64,000 bases of DNA, from assembly GCA_963734545.1 (NCBI GenBank), contig CAVTHO010000006.1, forward strand, positions 384,001 through 448,000, given 5' to 3'. The stretch is from an uncultured Spirochaetota bacterium. Lineage in GTDB: Bacteria; Spirochaetota; Spirochaetia; SZUA-6; Fen-1364. The position numbers and the translations under genes were made by a program. The notes under the pieces were generated by a model that ran no database searches, was not told the DNA's origin, and saw only the letters and a program-made list of their open reading frames with translations. Of the stretch, positions 47,706-57,945 are shown piece after piece (positions within the stretch are counted from its first letter, which is position 1; the number at the start of each line of letters is the position of its first letter).

Positions 47706-48848
47706 TCAGTCCTCGGCAATGGTCGCTTCCCCGATCTCGGGAAGCGCAAACAGGCGGTCAAGGAACATGGCCGCCGCGCCGTACGCGACCACGAGCTCGC
47801 CCAGCTCGGAGAGCTCGATGGTGAGGTTTTTTTCTCCGTACGGCCAGTTTTTTTGTATCTCCCGCTCGAGGATCGGAATCAGGAGTCCCCGGTACTTCTC
47901 TATGCTGCCGCCGATGAACACGTGGGAGAGATCGAGCGTATTGACCAGCAGCGCCACGTTTCGTCCGAGCTCGGTCGCCACTTCCCTGAACGCCGCTTCG
48001 TCGTCGGCTGCCCTGCCCATCGTGTCGGAGGGGAGGGAGAACTGGCTCCTGGTCTCCGCCGTGCGAAACACGCTGCGGAATTCCCCCGCGGAGCTGCTTG
48101 CCCCGAGGTGGACCCGCCCGCTGATGACGAGCCCCATGCCTACCGAAACGCCGCCGCCGTTGATGTCATCCACGCGTTCCTTGCGGAACTCCCCGAGGAG
48201 GAACAGAAAATCCCGCGGCCGCGCCTTGCGATTGCGGATGAGCTCCGCCCAGCAGCAGCAGTTTGCGTCATTGTCTATCCGCAGAGGAACCCCGAGAAGC
48301 CTTGCGCTGGATGAATAGAAGTCAACAGGCGAAATAACGCCGAGCGGCAGGGACTGGCGGATGATGCCGCGCGCGGAGTCGATGATCCCTGACAGTCCCA
48401 CCCCCACGCAGAGCAGCTCCAGGCCCCGCGCCTCGAGGTCGCGCGTGACCTCGCTCACGACATCCAGGAACACCGAGGGGACCAGCTTCCCTGCCGATGA
48501 AAGCGGCGCCGAGCGCGAGTAGACGATCGTCCCGTCCAGATCGATTGCCACCGCGGTATAGCGCTCAGTCTGGATTTCCAGCCCGAGAACGCACCCGTAG
48601 GCTCGATTCACGGTCAGGAAGACGGGTTTCCGGCCTCCTTTCTGGCCGGCGTCCCCCTCCGCGGACTCCTCGATGATGCCGCGTTGAATGAGCTCGGCAA
48701 CGATCTTTGTCACGGTTGATTTGTCCAGGCCAAGGGCGCTGGAAATGCCGCTTCTGCTCGCCCCGGGATTGGACCAGACAGCCCTCAACACTCGATGCAG
48801 ATTGACAGGATCCTGATCTTTATTCAAAAGGAAGTCGATATTACTCAT
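47706..48848 (-). CDS. ROK-family (XylR/NagC-like) transcriptional repressor
   Basis: N-terminal HTH SRSGIS..LDKSTVTKIV..GGRKP. ROK domain motifs GLSG, DNDAN, GMG, AGEF, YGAA. Confidence 0.9.
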   Translation of the reverse strand: MSNIDFLLNKDQDPVNLHRVLRAVWSNPGASRSGISSALGLDKSTVTKIVAELIQRGIIEESAEGDAGQKGGRKPVFLTVNRAYGCVLGLEIQTERYTAVAIDLDGTIVYSRSAPLSSAGKLVPSVFLDVVSEVTRDLEARGLELLCVGVGLSGIIDSARGIIRQSLPLGVISPVDFYSSSARLLGVPLRIDNDANCCCWAELIRNRKARPRDFLFLLGEFRKERVDDINGGGVSVGMGLVISGRVHLGASSSAGEFRSVFRTAETRSQFSLPSDTMGRAADDEAAFREVATELGRNVALLVNTLDLSHVFIGGSIEKYRGLLIPILEREIQKNWPYGEKNLTIELSELGELVVAYGAAAMFLDRLFALPEIGEATIAED

Positions 48849-48849
48849 A

Positions 48850-48975
48850 GTAGATTTCTTCTATCAACCAATCTATACGATGCCTGAGATAATAGCAATC
48901 CATAAAAAAGCAATATTTTTCTTGACAAATCTTACTTCACGTGGTTTAATACGTTGGTTTAGAGAATCAATCAAC
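48850..48975. promoter_or_regulatory. Sigma70 promoter of the ABC operon and two ROK-type operators
   Basis: TTGACA (48922-48927), 17 nt, TGn-TTTAAT (48945-48950). Imperfect 8-7-8 inverted repeats GTTGGTTT-N7-CAATCAAC (48953-48975) and GTAGATTT-N7-CAACCAAT (48850-48872). Confidence 0.72.
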
Positions 48976-48997
48976 TTTATTCGGTCAGGGGTGGAAA

Positions 48998-49948
48998 ATG
49001 GCAGATGCCCTTACGGGGGCCAGGATCCTCGGCAGGCCAGGTAAAATAAGGCGCCGCATCAATCTCCCTCTCCTTAGCATGCTCCTGCCGGGAACGCTGG
49101 CGCTGCTGCTGTTCAGCTACGTGCCCATGGCCGGAATCGTAATTGCATTCAAGGACATCAACTACGTAAAGGGCATTCTCGGAAGCCCCTGGATCGGCTT
49201 CAAGAACTTCGAGTTCTTCATGAAGACCCCGGATGCATGGCTGATTACGCGGAATGCCATTCTCTACAATGCGGCGTTTATTGTCCTGGGCACAATCGCA
49301 GCGGTGGGGGTGGCGGTGCTCCTGGACGGGCTCCGGACCAAGAAGACGTCCCGGTTCTACCAGGGGGTCATGTTTCTCCCGTACTTCTTTTCCTGGATCG
49401 TCATCAGCACCCTGGTATTCTCCTTCCTCTCCACGGACCTTGGATTCTTCAACAAGGTGCTTTTTCCCGCGCTCGGCATCCCCACGGTCAACTGGTACAT
49501 CGAGCCGGTGTACTGGCCTTTCATCATCGTCTTTACCAACCTGTGGAAGTATACGGGCTACGGCAGCGTGGTATACCTTGCCGCCATTGCGGGCATAGAT
49601 CAAAACTGCTTCGAGGCCGCTGCGCTGGACGGGGCGAGCCGCTGGCAGACCGTCCGTCATGTGATGATCCCCCTGATCTCCTACCTCATCATCATACAGG
49701 TCATGCTCCAGATCGGCCGCCTGTTCTACTCGGATTTCGGGCTTTTCTACCAGGTGCCGCAGAACATGGGGCCCCTGTTCCCGGCAACGAACGTCATCGA
49801 CACGTACGTGTACCGCACGCTCGTCAATGTGGGCGACATAGGCATGTCGGCGGCCGCGGGTCTCTACCAGTCCGCGGTCGGCTTTGTCCTGGTCCTGGCG
49901 TCGAACCTCGTGGTCCGCAGGATCGATCCGGAGAAGAGTCTCTTTTAG
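48998..49948 (+). CDS. Oligosaccharide ABC transporter permease (LplB-like)
   Basis: SPWIGFKNF, PYFFSW, YLAAIAGID..FEAAALDGASRW (EAA loop), AAGLYQS. Confidence 0.93.
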   Translation: MADALTGARILGRPGKIRRRINLPLLSMLLPGTLALLLFSYVPMAGIVIAFKDINYVKGILGSPWIGFKNFEFFMKTPDAWLITRNAILYNAAFIVLGTIAAVGVAVLLDGLRTKKTSRFYQGVMFLPYFFSWIVISTLVFSFLSTDLGFFNKVLFPALGIPTVNWYIEPVYWPFIIVFTNLWKYTGYGSVVYLAAIAGIDQNCFEAAALDGASRWQTVRHVMIPLISYLIIIQVMLQIGRLFYSDFGLFYQVPQNMGPLFPATNVIDTYVYRTLVNVGDIGMSAAAGLYQSAVGFVLVLASNLVVRRIDPEKSLF

Positions 49949-49955
49949 CGAGGAT

Positions 49956-50882
49956 ATGAACAGCATGGAGCGCATGACGCTGACCCGCAAATTGATGAAG
50001 TTCGGCTCGACAGGGCAGATCGTCACTCACCTTCTCTTCATCTTCATAGTCGTGCTCTGCCTCTACCCGCTCGCTCTGGTCATCGGGATATCGTTCTCCG
50101 ACGAGACCTCCCTCGCCATCAACGGATTCAAGCTCGTGCCGCTGAAGACGAGCCTCAACGCGTACACCTTTGTGCTGAAGGAAAGCGACGCAATCCTCAG
50201 GGCCTACGGTGTGACCCTCCTCGTGACGCTCATGGGCACCGTGGCGAGTACGCTCGTGATCGCCCTGTATGCCTACGCATTGTCCCGCAAGGACTTCCGC
50301 GGCCGGAAATTCTTCTCCTTCCTGGCATTCTTCACTCTCCTGTTTTCCGGCGGCCTCGTGCCCTGGTACGTGCTGTGCGTGAACGTCCTCCATTTGAGAA
50401 ACAATATCTGGGCGCTGTTCCTTCCGTACCTGATGAACGCCTGGTACGTGCTCATCATGCGGACATTCTACAAGACGAATGTTCCCGACTCGATCGTCGA
50501 GTCCGCCAAGATGGACGGCGCCGGCGAGTACACGATCTTCTTCAGAATCGTGGTGCACCTGGCAAAGCCCGGGCTGGCCACGATAGCCCTGTTCAACACG
50601 ATCGTGTTCTGGAACGACTGGTGGCTCCCGCTCATGCTGGTGAACGACCCGAAGTGGTTCAACCTGCAGTTCCTCATGTACAGGGTCCAGAGCAATATCC
50701 AGTACCTCTCGAGCATGGCGGGAAACATCAGCGGAGTATCGGCGGACATCCTCAAGAGGCTCCCGTCGCGCTCCGCCCAGATGGCCATGTGCATCCTGTC
50801 CATCGGCCCCATCATCCTGGCGTATCCGTTCTTCCAGAAGTATTTCGTCAAGGGCATCACGATCGGTTCTTTAAAGGAGTAG
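49956..50882 (+). CDS. Oligosaccharide ABC transporter permease (LplC-like)
   Basis: FSGGLVPWY, ESAKMDGAGE, WNDW, YPFFQKYFVKG. Confidence 0.93.
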   Translation: MNSMERMTLTRKLMKFGSTGQIVTHLLFIFIVVLCLYPLALVIGISFSDETSLAINGFKLVPLKTSLNAYTFVLKESDAILRAYGVTLLVTLMGTVASTLVIALYAYALSRKDFRGRKFFSFLAFFTLLFSGGLVPWYVLCVNVLHLRNNIWALFLPYLMNAWYVLIMRTFYKTNVPDSIVESAKMDGAGEYTIFFRIVVHLAKPGLATIALFNTIVFWNDWWLPLMLVNDPKWFNLQFLMYRVQSNIQYLSSMAGNISGVSADILKRLPSRSAQMAMCILSIGPIILAYPFFQKYFVKGITIGSLKE

Positions 50883-50939
50883 GCAAAGCCGGCCCGGTCG
50901 GCGGGCCGGATGCCATATATCACAAGAGGAGGTCTTGAG

Positions 50940-52418
50940 ATGAACAAAGGGATCCGATACCTGCTCGTGGCGCTTTTCGCCATCGCAGCAGCGGGCCTTG
51001 CCTTCGGGTCAGGCGGGGGTGAACAGGGCGCCGTGACGGGCAAAACGCCCATTACGCTCACCTGGTACTACGTCGGCGGTGGACCGCAGAAGGACAACGC
51101 GCTGGTCGAGGCTGCAGCAACCAAGTACGTCCAGAGCAAGGGCCTGAATGCGAACATCAAGCTCGTGTGCTTCGACTGGGGCACCTACAACCAGAAGCTG
51201 CAGACGATCATCGCCGGGCAGGAAGAGTTCGACATCTGCTTCACGGCGACCTGGATCAACAACTACAGGAACAACGTGGCCCGCGGCGCATTCCTGCCCT
51301 TGAATGATCTGCTTGCCAAGTACGCCCCCAAGACAAAGGCACTGCTGGGAGATTCCTTCCTCGCGGGCTCCGCGATCGAAGGGGTGAACTACGCCATCCC
51401 GGCGAACAAGGAAAAGGCCCACAACTGGGGCTTCCTCCTTCGCAAGGACCTTGTGGCCAAGTACAACATGGACACGAGCAAGATCAAGAAGCTTGAGGAC
51501 CTCGAGCCCCTGCTGAAGGTCATCAAGGACAAAGAGCCGGGCATGTATCCCCTCGAGGCCATCGTGGGCGAATCCCCCCGGTTCCTCCTGGACTGGGACA
51601 AGATGGTGGATGACGACATCCCCGTCTCCCTGTACCCGGACAACAGGTCCACCAAGGTCGTCTTCGAGCTGGAGGCGCCCGAGACCAAGGCCCTGTTCAA
51701 GACAATCAACAAGTTCTACAACGCCGGCTTCATCCGCAAGGACGCAGCGGCAATCACGGACTACCTGGCCGACGAGAAGGCGGGCCTCATCTTCGCCGCC
51801 ACCAAGTCCCTGAAGCCGGGCAAGGACGCCGAGATGGCCAGCTCCACCGGCCAGCAGTGGATGCAGATCGACATCACTCCCCCCGTCATGTCCAACCGCG
51901 AGACGGTCGGCTCGCTGCAGGCGATCTCCCATACGTCGAAGAACCCCGCGGCAGCAATGGCCTTCCTCGAGCTCTTCAACACGGACAAGTACCTCAACAA
52001 CCTGATCAACTACGGTATCGAGGGCACCCACTACGTGAAGGTGAGCGACAACATGATCAAGGCGGGACCGTCAATCGACCAGTACAACCTCGGCATGGGC
52101 TGGATGTTCGGGAACCAGTTCCTGAACTACCTCAACTCCAACGAGGATCCCAAGAAGTGGGAGAAGTTCGTTGCCTACAACAAGGCGGCTATTCCCCTGA
52201 AGAGCCTCGGCTTCTCCTTCGATCCCACCCCTGTGAAGACCGAAGTCGCCACCGCCAAGGGCGTGTGGACAGAGTACATGCCTGCCCTGGAGACCGGCAC
52301 CGTGGATCCGGACAAGGGCATGGTAGATGCAATCGCCAAGTACAAGGCGGTCGGAATCGACAGGATCATGGCCGAAGTCCAGAAGCAGTACGACGCCTGG
52401 CTCGCAAAGAAAAAGTAA
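50940..52418 (+). CDS. ABC transporter solute-binding protein (SBP family 1, DUF3502 C-terminus)
   Basis: Signal peptide ending AFGSGGGE, RBS GAGGAGG, YGIEGTHY, LGFSFDPTPVKTE, GIDRIMAEVQKQYDAW. Confidence 0.93.
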   Translation: MNKGIRYLLVALFAIAAAGLAFGSGGGEQGAVTGKTPITLTWYYVGGGPQKDNALVEAAATKYVQSKGLNANIKLVCFDWGTYNQKLQTIIAGQEEFDICFTATWINNYRNNVARGAFLPLNDLLAKYAPKTKALLGDSFLAGSAIEGVNYAIPANKEKAHNWGFLLRKDLVAKYNMDTSKIKKLEDLEPLLKVIKDKEPGMYPLEAIVGESPRFLLDWDKMVDDDIPVSLYPDNRSTKVVFELEAPETKALFKTINKFYNAGFIRKDAAAITDYLADEKAGLIFAATKSLKPGKDAEMASSTGQQWMQIDITPPVMSNRETVGSLQAISHTSKNPAAAMAFLELFNTDKYLNNLINYGIEGTHYVKVSDNMIKAGPSIDQYNLGMGWMFGNQFLNYLNSNEDPKKWEKFVAYNKAAIPLKSLGFSFDPTPVKTEVATAKGVWTEYMPALETGTVDPDKGMVDAIAKYKAVGIDRIMAEVQKQYDAWLAKKK

Positions 52419-52432
52419 CGAGTGACTCGAGA

Positions 52433-52482
52433 CGCGTTCCCTCGGGAACGCGCCAGACCCGCGCCCCCGCAGGGGGCGCGGG
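52433..52482 (+). terminator. Two tandem GC-rich hairpins between the SBP and GH94 genes (stabiliser/attenuator)
   Basis: CGCGTTCC-CTCG-GGAACGCG (52433-52452) and CCCGCGCCCCC-GCA-GGGGGCGCGGG (52458-52482). No U-tract follows. Confidence 0.55.
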
Positions 52483-52517
52483 ATCCTTATCCCCCCGCCG
52501 ATTCTTTGGAGGCTGTG

Positions 52518-54977
52518 ATGAGCTATGGGCATTTCGATGACGCGGTGCGAGAATACGTCATCACGCGGCCGGACACTCCCTGGCCGTGGATCAACTATCT
52601 GGGAAGCGAGGATTTCTTCTCCCTCATCTCCAATGCCGGAGGCGGGTATTCGTTCCATAAAGATGCGCGCCTGCGCAGGCTCACGCGCTACCGCTACAAT
52701 GACGTGCCGCTGGACGCGAACGGCCGGCTGTTCTACATCAAGGACGGCGCGACCGCCTGGAACCCCGGATGGCGCCCCACGCGCACGGACCTGGAATCCT
52801 ACGAGTGCCGGCACGGCATGGGATACACGCGGATCCAGTCCCGACGGGAGGGCATAGAGGCCGGGCTTCTCTTTTTTGTGCCCCGGGGCGCGGACTGCGA
52901 GGTACAACGCCTCGTGCTGAAGAACGTGTCGAAGACCAGGCGGAAGATGGCGGTCTTCGCTCTCACCGAGTTCTGCCTCTGGAACGCGCTCGACGACATG
53001 ACCAACTTCCAGCGCAACCTCTCCACGGGCGAGGTTGAGGTGGAGGGGAGCGCGATCTATCACATCACGGAATACCGCGAGAGGCGCAACCACTACGCGT
53101 TCTATGCGGTGAACGCTCCCGTGGCAGGATTCGATACCGACAGAGAAAGCTTCACGGGGCGCTACGACGGATTCGAGAATCCCGCCGCCGTTGCGCGCGG
53201 CCGCCTCTCCAATACGAAGGCGGCCGGATGGTCTCCCGTCGCCGCGTTTCATCTGGATGTCGACCTCGCGCCCGGTGAGGAACGAAGCTTCGTGTTCGTC
53301 CTGGGGTACATTGAAAATCCTGACGAGGAGAAATGGGCCGGTCCGGGGGTCGTCAACAAGAGCCGGGCCCGCGCGCTTGCGGCCCGTTTCGATACGGATG
53401 CGAAGGTGGACAGCGAGCTCGGCGCGCTGCGGGACTATTGGACCGATCTGCTGTCCCGCTTCTCCGTTGCCTCCGGTGATGAGCGGCTCGACCGGATGGT
53501 GAACATCTGGAACCAGTACCAGTGCATGACCACGTGCAACATGGCGCGCAGCGCGAGCTATTTCGAAAGCGGCATTGGAAGAGGCATCGGATTCCGCGAT
53601 ACGAGCCAGGACCTTCTGGGCTGCATGCACCAGGTGCCTGCGCGGGCGCGTCAGCGTCTCTTCGACGTTGCCTCCACTCAGCGCGAGGATGGCGGCGCCT
53701 GGCACCAGTACCAGCCGCTCACCAAGCGCGGAAACGCCGATGTCGGAGACGGCTTCAACGACGACCCGCTATGGCTGATCCTCGGCGTGGCGGGATACCT
53801 CAAGGAAACCGGTGACTGGGCATTTCTGGACGAGCAGGTTCCCTTCGACAACAACCCGTCCTGCATGGGATCCCTGTTCGAGCATCTGGCCAGGTCATTC
53901 TCGCATGTGCTGAACAACCTGGGGCCCCATGGCCTGCCGCTCATCGGGCACGCCGACTGGAATGACTGTCTCAACCTCAATTCCTTCTCTACGGACCCCA
54001 ATGAGTCGTTTCAGACTGCCACCTCGCGGGACGGACGCACCGCCGAGTCGACAATGATTGCGGGCATGTTCGTGCTGATCGGGCGGGATTTCGTGGAGAT
54101 CTGCCGACGCACGGGCCGGGAGGCGGAGGCCCGGGCCGCGGAGGAGCAGATCGCGCGCATGCGCCGGACGATCCTCACGCACGCATGGGACGGCGAGTGG
54201 TTCCTCCGCGCGTATGACGACGGCGGCGGCAAGGTCGGCTCCCGCGCGTGCGAGGACGGGCGCATCTTCATCGAATCTAATGCGTTCTGCTCTATGGCGG
54301 AGATCGGAAGCGAAACCGGTTACCCCATCCAGGCGCTCGATTCAGTCAGGAAACACCTGGACACCCGGTACGGCATCGTCATTCATGATCCCCCGTATCG
54401 CGGCTATCACGTCGAGCTGGGAGAAGTCTCCTCGTATCCGCCGGGGTACAAGGAGAACGGGGGCGTGTTCTGCCACAACAACCCCTGGATCATGATCGCC
54501 GAATGCATTGCGGGGAGACCCGAGCGGGCTTTCGAATACTATCGGAAGATCAGTCCCGCCTACCTGGACGACATCCAGGAGCTGCACCGCATGGAACCGT
54601 ACGTCTATTCCCAGATGATAGCGGGAAAGGCGGCGCAGCGTCCGGGGGAGGCGAAGAACTCGTGGCTGACGGGGACCGCGGCCTGGAGTTTCATTGCCGT
54701 CACGCAGTGGATCCTCGGCGTCCGTGCCGAGTTCGACGGTCTTCGGTTCGAGCCCAGCCTGCCGAAGGCGCTGCAGAAAATCGAGATCACCCGGCTGTTC
54801 CGGGGCTGCCGCTACCGGATCAGCATCCACAACAGGGGACGCGCGCGGGCGGACCAGAAGGTCAGCGTGGACGGGGTGGAAATTCCGACTCGGGTGGTCC
54901 CGCCGGGAAGTACCGGGCGCCGAGATCCGCGTGCGCGTGGAGGCCTGAAGCGGATCAGTCGCCGACGGACTGATTGA
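52518..54977 (+). CDS. GH94 cellobiose phosphorylase-like glycoside phosphorylase
   Basis: [71 protein letters not shown]. The extreme C-terminus may be frameshifted. Confidence 0.9.
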   Translation: MSYGHFDDAVREYVITRPDTPWPWINYLGSEDFFSLISNAGGGYSFHKDARLRRLTRYRYNDVPLDANGRLFYIKDGATAWNPGWRPTRTDLESYECRHGMGYTRIQSRREGIEAGLLFFVPRGADCEVQRLVLKNVSKTRRKMAVFALTEFCLWNALDDMTNFQRNLSTGEVEVEGSAIYHITEYRERRNHYAFYAVNAPVAGFDTDRESFTGRYDGFENPAAVARGRLSNTKAAGWSPVAAFHLDVDLAPGEERSFVFVLGYIENPDEEKWAGPGVVNKSRARALAARFDTDAKVDSELGALRDYWTDLLSRFSVASGDERLDRMVNIWNQYQCMTTCNMARSASYFESGIGRGIGFRDTSQDLLGCMHQVPARARQRLFDVASTQREDGGAWHQYQPLTKRGNADVGDGFNDDPLWLILGVAGYLKETGDWAFLDEQVPFDNNPSCMGSLFEHLARSFSHVLNNLGPHGLPLIGHADWNDCLNLNSFSTDPNESFQTATSRDGRTAESTMIAGMFVLIGRDFVEICRRTGREAEARAAEEQIARMRRTILTHAWDGEWFLRAYDDGGGKVGSRACEDGRIFIESNAFCSMAEIGSETGYPIQALDSVRKHLDTRYGIVIHDPPYRGYHVELGEVSSYPPGYKENGGVFCHNNPWIMIAECIAGRPERAFEYYRKISPAYLDDIQELHRMEPYVYSQMIAGKAAQRPGEAKNSWLTGTAAWSFIAVTQWILGVRAEFDGLRFEPSLPKALQKIEITRLFRGCRYRISIHNRGRARADQKVSVDGVEIPTRVVPPGSTGRRDPRARGGLKRISRRRTD

Positions 54978-55617
54978 TGAAGATCAGGGTGAGCGTGCGG
55001 TTCAGGAAAGCCGCTTCCTGCTGAATGATGAGAAGCTTGCCGATGCCGCTGCCCATGCGGCCCCCGGTCGACTCTCTCATCCGCTTGTCCTCGTGCGGCA
55101 GCACGTATTCCCGCACGCGCCGGATGCCGTCTTCCAGGGTGGGGGTGATTTTCTGGGCCCCCACGATCCATATGACGTGGGAGCTTGTGAACGCATAGGG
55201 GCCCAATTGGCTGCCGGTCAGGCTTGCAATGACCAGCTCCCCTGTCTGAGACACGGCGTGGACGCTTCCCAGGAAATAGTCCGCCAGGACCCCCTGCTTG
55301 CGCAAAAGGGCCTGCTTCACGGGATCCTTTTCCGCTACGATCGCGGCTTTCAGATTTCGCCACGGGTGATTGTTCGAGACAAGCAGTTCCTCGAATCCGA
55401 TTTCTTTGAGCGAGAGGGATGCTCCGGTCATGACCGAGGAGCCCGCCGGAATGAGGTTCTGCACCCGGGCGAGCGCCTGCTCTTTCGTATCGACGAGCAG
55501 AGCGGTGATCCCGTGCGCCAGAAGGGCGTCCATGGTTTTCCGGATCTGGTCGGCCGTGGCGAGGGTAGAGAACTGCAAGAGAGGTGCCTCCTTGACGGCG
55601 CGGTGCGCCGCATCCAC
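54955..55617 (-). CDS. LUD-domain (LutC/YkgG-like) protein
   Basis: [33 protein letters not shown]. Confidence 0.75.
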   Translation of the reverse strand: MDAAHRAVKEAPLLQFSTLATADQIRKTMDALLAHGITALLVDTKEQALARVQNLIPAGSSVMTGASLSLKEIGFEELLVSNNHPWRNLKAAIVAEKDPVKQALLRKQGVLADYFLGSVHAVSQTGELVIASLTGSQLGPYAFTSSHVIWIVGAQKITPTLEDGIRRVREYVLPHEDKRMRESTGGRMGSGIGKLLIIQQEAAFLNRTLTLIFINQSVGD

Positions 55618-55675
55618 TTAAAAGGATATATCGATCAATTTGATTAAGCAAGTCTTCTGCCGATACAATGAGAGG

Positions 55676-55993
55676 ATGAGAGAATCAGGCGCAAGGGAGC
55701 CGCATGACGGTCACTGCCAGGCGGCCGTGCTCCGGCTGCTGGGGGACTACACGACCCTGCGCATCATCGATTTCCTGCGGTTCGGCGAGATGCGCTTCAC
55801 GGAGCTCCAGCGGGCCATCGGCGACGTCAATCCTGTCACTCTTACCAGCCGCCTGAAGCGGCTCGAGGCGATGAAGATTGTCGAACGCGCCGAGGCGACC
55901 TTGAACAGGCAGTCCGTCACGTACAAGCTGAGCGCGCGGGGGGGGAGGCTGCTGCCGGTCCTGCGGGAAATTCAGAACTTTTCGAACGGATAA
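55676..55993 (+). CDS. HxlR-family winged-helix regulator
   Basis: C..LRLLGD..RFTELQRAI..LTSRLKRLE..VTYKLSARG. Divergent from the LUD gene. Confidence 0.85.
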   Translation: MRESGAREPHDGHCQAAVLRLLGDYTTLRIIDFLRFGEMRFTELQRAIGDVNPVTLTSRLKRLEAMKIVERAEATLNRQSVTYKLSARGGRLLPVLREIQNFSNG

Positions 55994-56114
55994 ACCGTTC
56001 GCCCGGCGGCATGCGCCTCTGGATGTTTTCCTTGCGTTTTAATATCCTCTGGGTGGCGAACGGGAGGGCGGCCAAAATCTATGGACAGGGAAAGAATAGT
56101 CTAGGCAAGAGAAA

Positions 56115-57173
56115 ATGGAACGCGTCCTGGTTACCGGTGCAAACGGATTTATCGGTTCGAATGTCTGCGCGTACTTCCTCGAGCGCTCCTACGAGGTCTA
56201 CGGGCTCGTGCGGGAGACATCCGACCTGCACTTTCTCGAAGGTCTCCCCGTGAAACTGATCCGCGGTGACCTGACGCGCGCGGCCTCCATCCCCTTTCCC
56301 GCCGGTCTCGATTTCATCATTCACGCGGCGTCTCTCGTGTCGGACACTCTTCCCAGCGACGTGATCGAGCGGAACATCTTCGACACCACGCGGAACCTGG
56401 TCAATGCCCTCGAGGAGAGGGGAATCCGGCTCAAGCGGTTCGTCCAGATCTCCACCTCTCTCGTGCTCGGCTACAAGGCCCTCAACATCTCCGAGGAGAG
56501 GCCGGGAAGATCCGCCCGGCACCTGCCCTATGCCCGGGCAAAGGAGATGACCGAGGAGTTCCTGCGGGACCATCATCGGAAGACCGGGTTCCCGGTCGTT
56601 ATTCTCCGGCCTGCCGACGTGTTCGGGCCGAATGACCGGACCTCAAGCCTGCGCGTGCTGGACGCCATTGAAAGGGGCTGGCCCGCCATCGCGGGGACCG
56701 GGAACCGGATCTTCGGATACTGCTATGTCGCCAATCTCGCCTCGGTGTGCCACCTCGTGTGCCAGATGCGGGGCACCGACGGCAGCGCGTACACGGTCAC
56801 CAATGGCCAGGACGTCACGTGGCGGGAGTTCCTCGGGATGTTCCAGGTTGCGCTGGACAAGAAACAGCGCATTTACGTCCCCGTCGTCGTGGCGTACGCC
56901 ATCGCGCTGTGCATGCAGCTCCTGCACGCGGTCATCCCTTCATTCGACGCGCTGCTCACTTTCTACCGGATCAGCCGGGTCGCCAACAACTCCAGCTACG
57001 ACATCACGAGGACCGTCAACGAGCTGGGGTATCAACCGGATGTCGATATCGAAGCGCAGGCACGGTCCATCGTCGCCTGGTACCTCAGGGAAAAAGCCTC
57101 CGGGTACGTGGACGACGTTCTTCACAGTCGCTCCTGGCGGGATTCTTTCGTGAAGCGGCGGATCGAAAGGTAG
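56115..57173 (+). CDS. NAD-dependent epimerase/dehydratase (extended SDR)
   Basis: TGANGFIG, HAAS, YARAK, LRPADVFGPND. Confidence 0.88.
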   Translation: MERVLVTGANGFIGSNVCAYFLERSYEVYGLVRETSDLHFLEGLPVKLIRGDLTRAASIPFPAGLDFIIHAASLVSDTLPSDVIERNIFDTTRNLVNALEERGIRLKRFVQISTSLVLGYKALNISEERPGRSARHLPYARAKEMTEEFLRDHHRKTGFPVVILRPADVFGPNDRTSSLRVLDAIERGWPAIAGTGNRIFGYCYVANLASVCHLVCQMRGTDGSAYTVTNGQDVTWREFLGMFQVALDKKQRIYVPVVVAYAIALCMQLLHAVIPSFDALLTFYRISRVANNSSYDITRTVNELGYQPDVDIEAQARSIVAWYLREKASGYVDDVLHSRSWRDSFVKRRIER

Positions 57174-57180
57174 CGAAGGG

Positions 57181-57915
57181 ATGGAGTGGCTCCTTTCGCC
57201 GTTCAAGCCGCTTTCTGTCCTCGTGAGCAATCCCTCTGCTTCCCTGTTCGCTGCCCTGTGCGTGTCATTCACATTGTTGTCATCCGCCCTGGGCATCCGA
57301 AGCTGGAAGCGGCGCTTCCCGAGCGATTTCAGCGCGGTCATGCTCTACTTCGTCAGCTTTTTCCTTCTTCTTCTGGCGCTCCCTCTGGCCATCATCCTGC
57401 TCCACGGGATGGCACCCTCGCGCTTCGGGATGGGAATCGGCGACTGGAGGCTGGGGATCATCCTCGGCCTCGCCGGGCTCCTGCCCACGCTGGCGGGCCT
57501 TTTCACGGGATGGCGGGATCCTGCCATGCAGGAATACTACCCCTTCTCCAAGGAAGCATTGGCAAGCCCGGGGCGCTTCGTCTTCTACGAAACCGCGTAT
57601 CTGGTCCTCTACTACCTCGCCTGGGAGTTCACTTTCCGGGGGGTGATGCTGTTCGGGCTTCTCGCCCTGCTCCCTCCGACCCTCCCCGGCGTCCTGATTG
57701 CCATTCTGATCCAGACCATCGTGTCGACCGTCTTTCATATAGGGCATCCGGATTCAGAAATAACGGGGGCGCTCATTTTCGGCCTTCTTGCCGGCCTGGT
57801 CACGGCGGCCGCGGGCTCTTTCCTGTATGCGCTCGTTCTTCACGCTTTGGCCGGCATTGTGAACGACAGCGTCATGTACGGACGGTCTCGGCGCGCGCGG
57901 CGGCTCGCAAGATAG
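57181..57915 (+). CDS. CPBP (Abi/CAAX type II) intramembrane metalloprotease
   Basis: Multi-TM protein with WEFTFRG, FHIGHP and HALAG motifs. Confidence 0.8.
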   Translation: MEWLLSPFKPLSVLVSNPSASLFAALCVSFTLLSSALGIRSWKRRFPSDFSAVMLYFVSFFLLLLALPLAIILLHGMAPSRFGMGIGDWRLGIILGLAGLLPTLAGLFTGWRDPAMQEYYPFSKEALASPGRFVFYETAYLVLYYLAWEFTFRGVMLFGLLALLPPTLPGVLIAILIQTIVSTVFHIGHPDSEITGALIFGLLAGLVTAAAGSFLYALVLHALAGIVNDSVMYGRSRRARRLAR

Positions 57916-57945
57916 CTGCCTGATCAAACGTTCGGAGACGAATTG

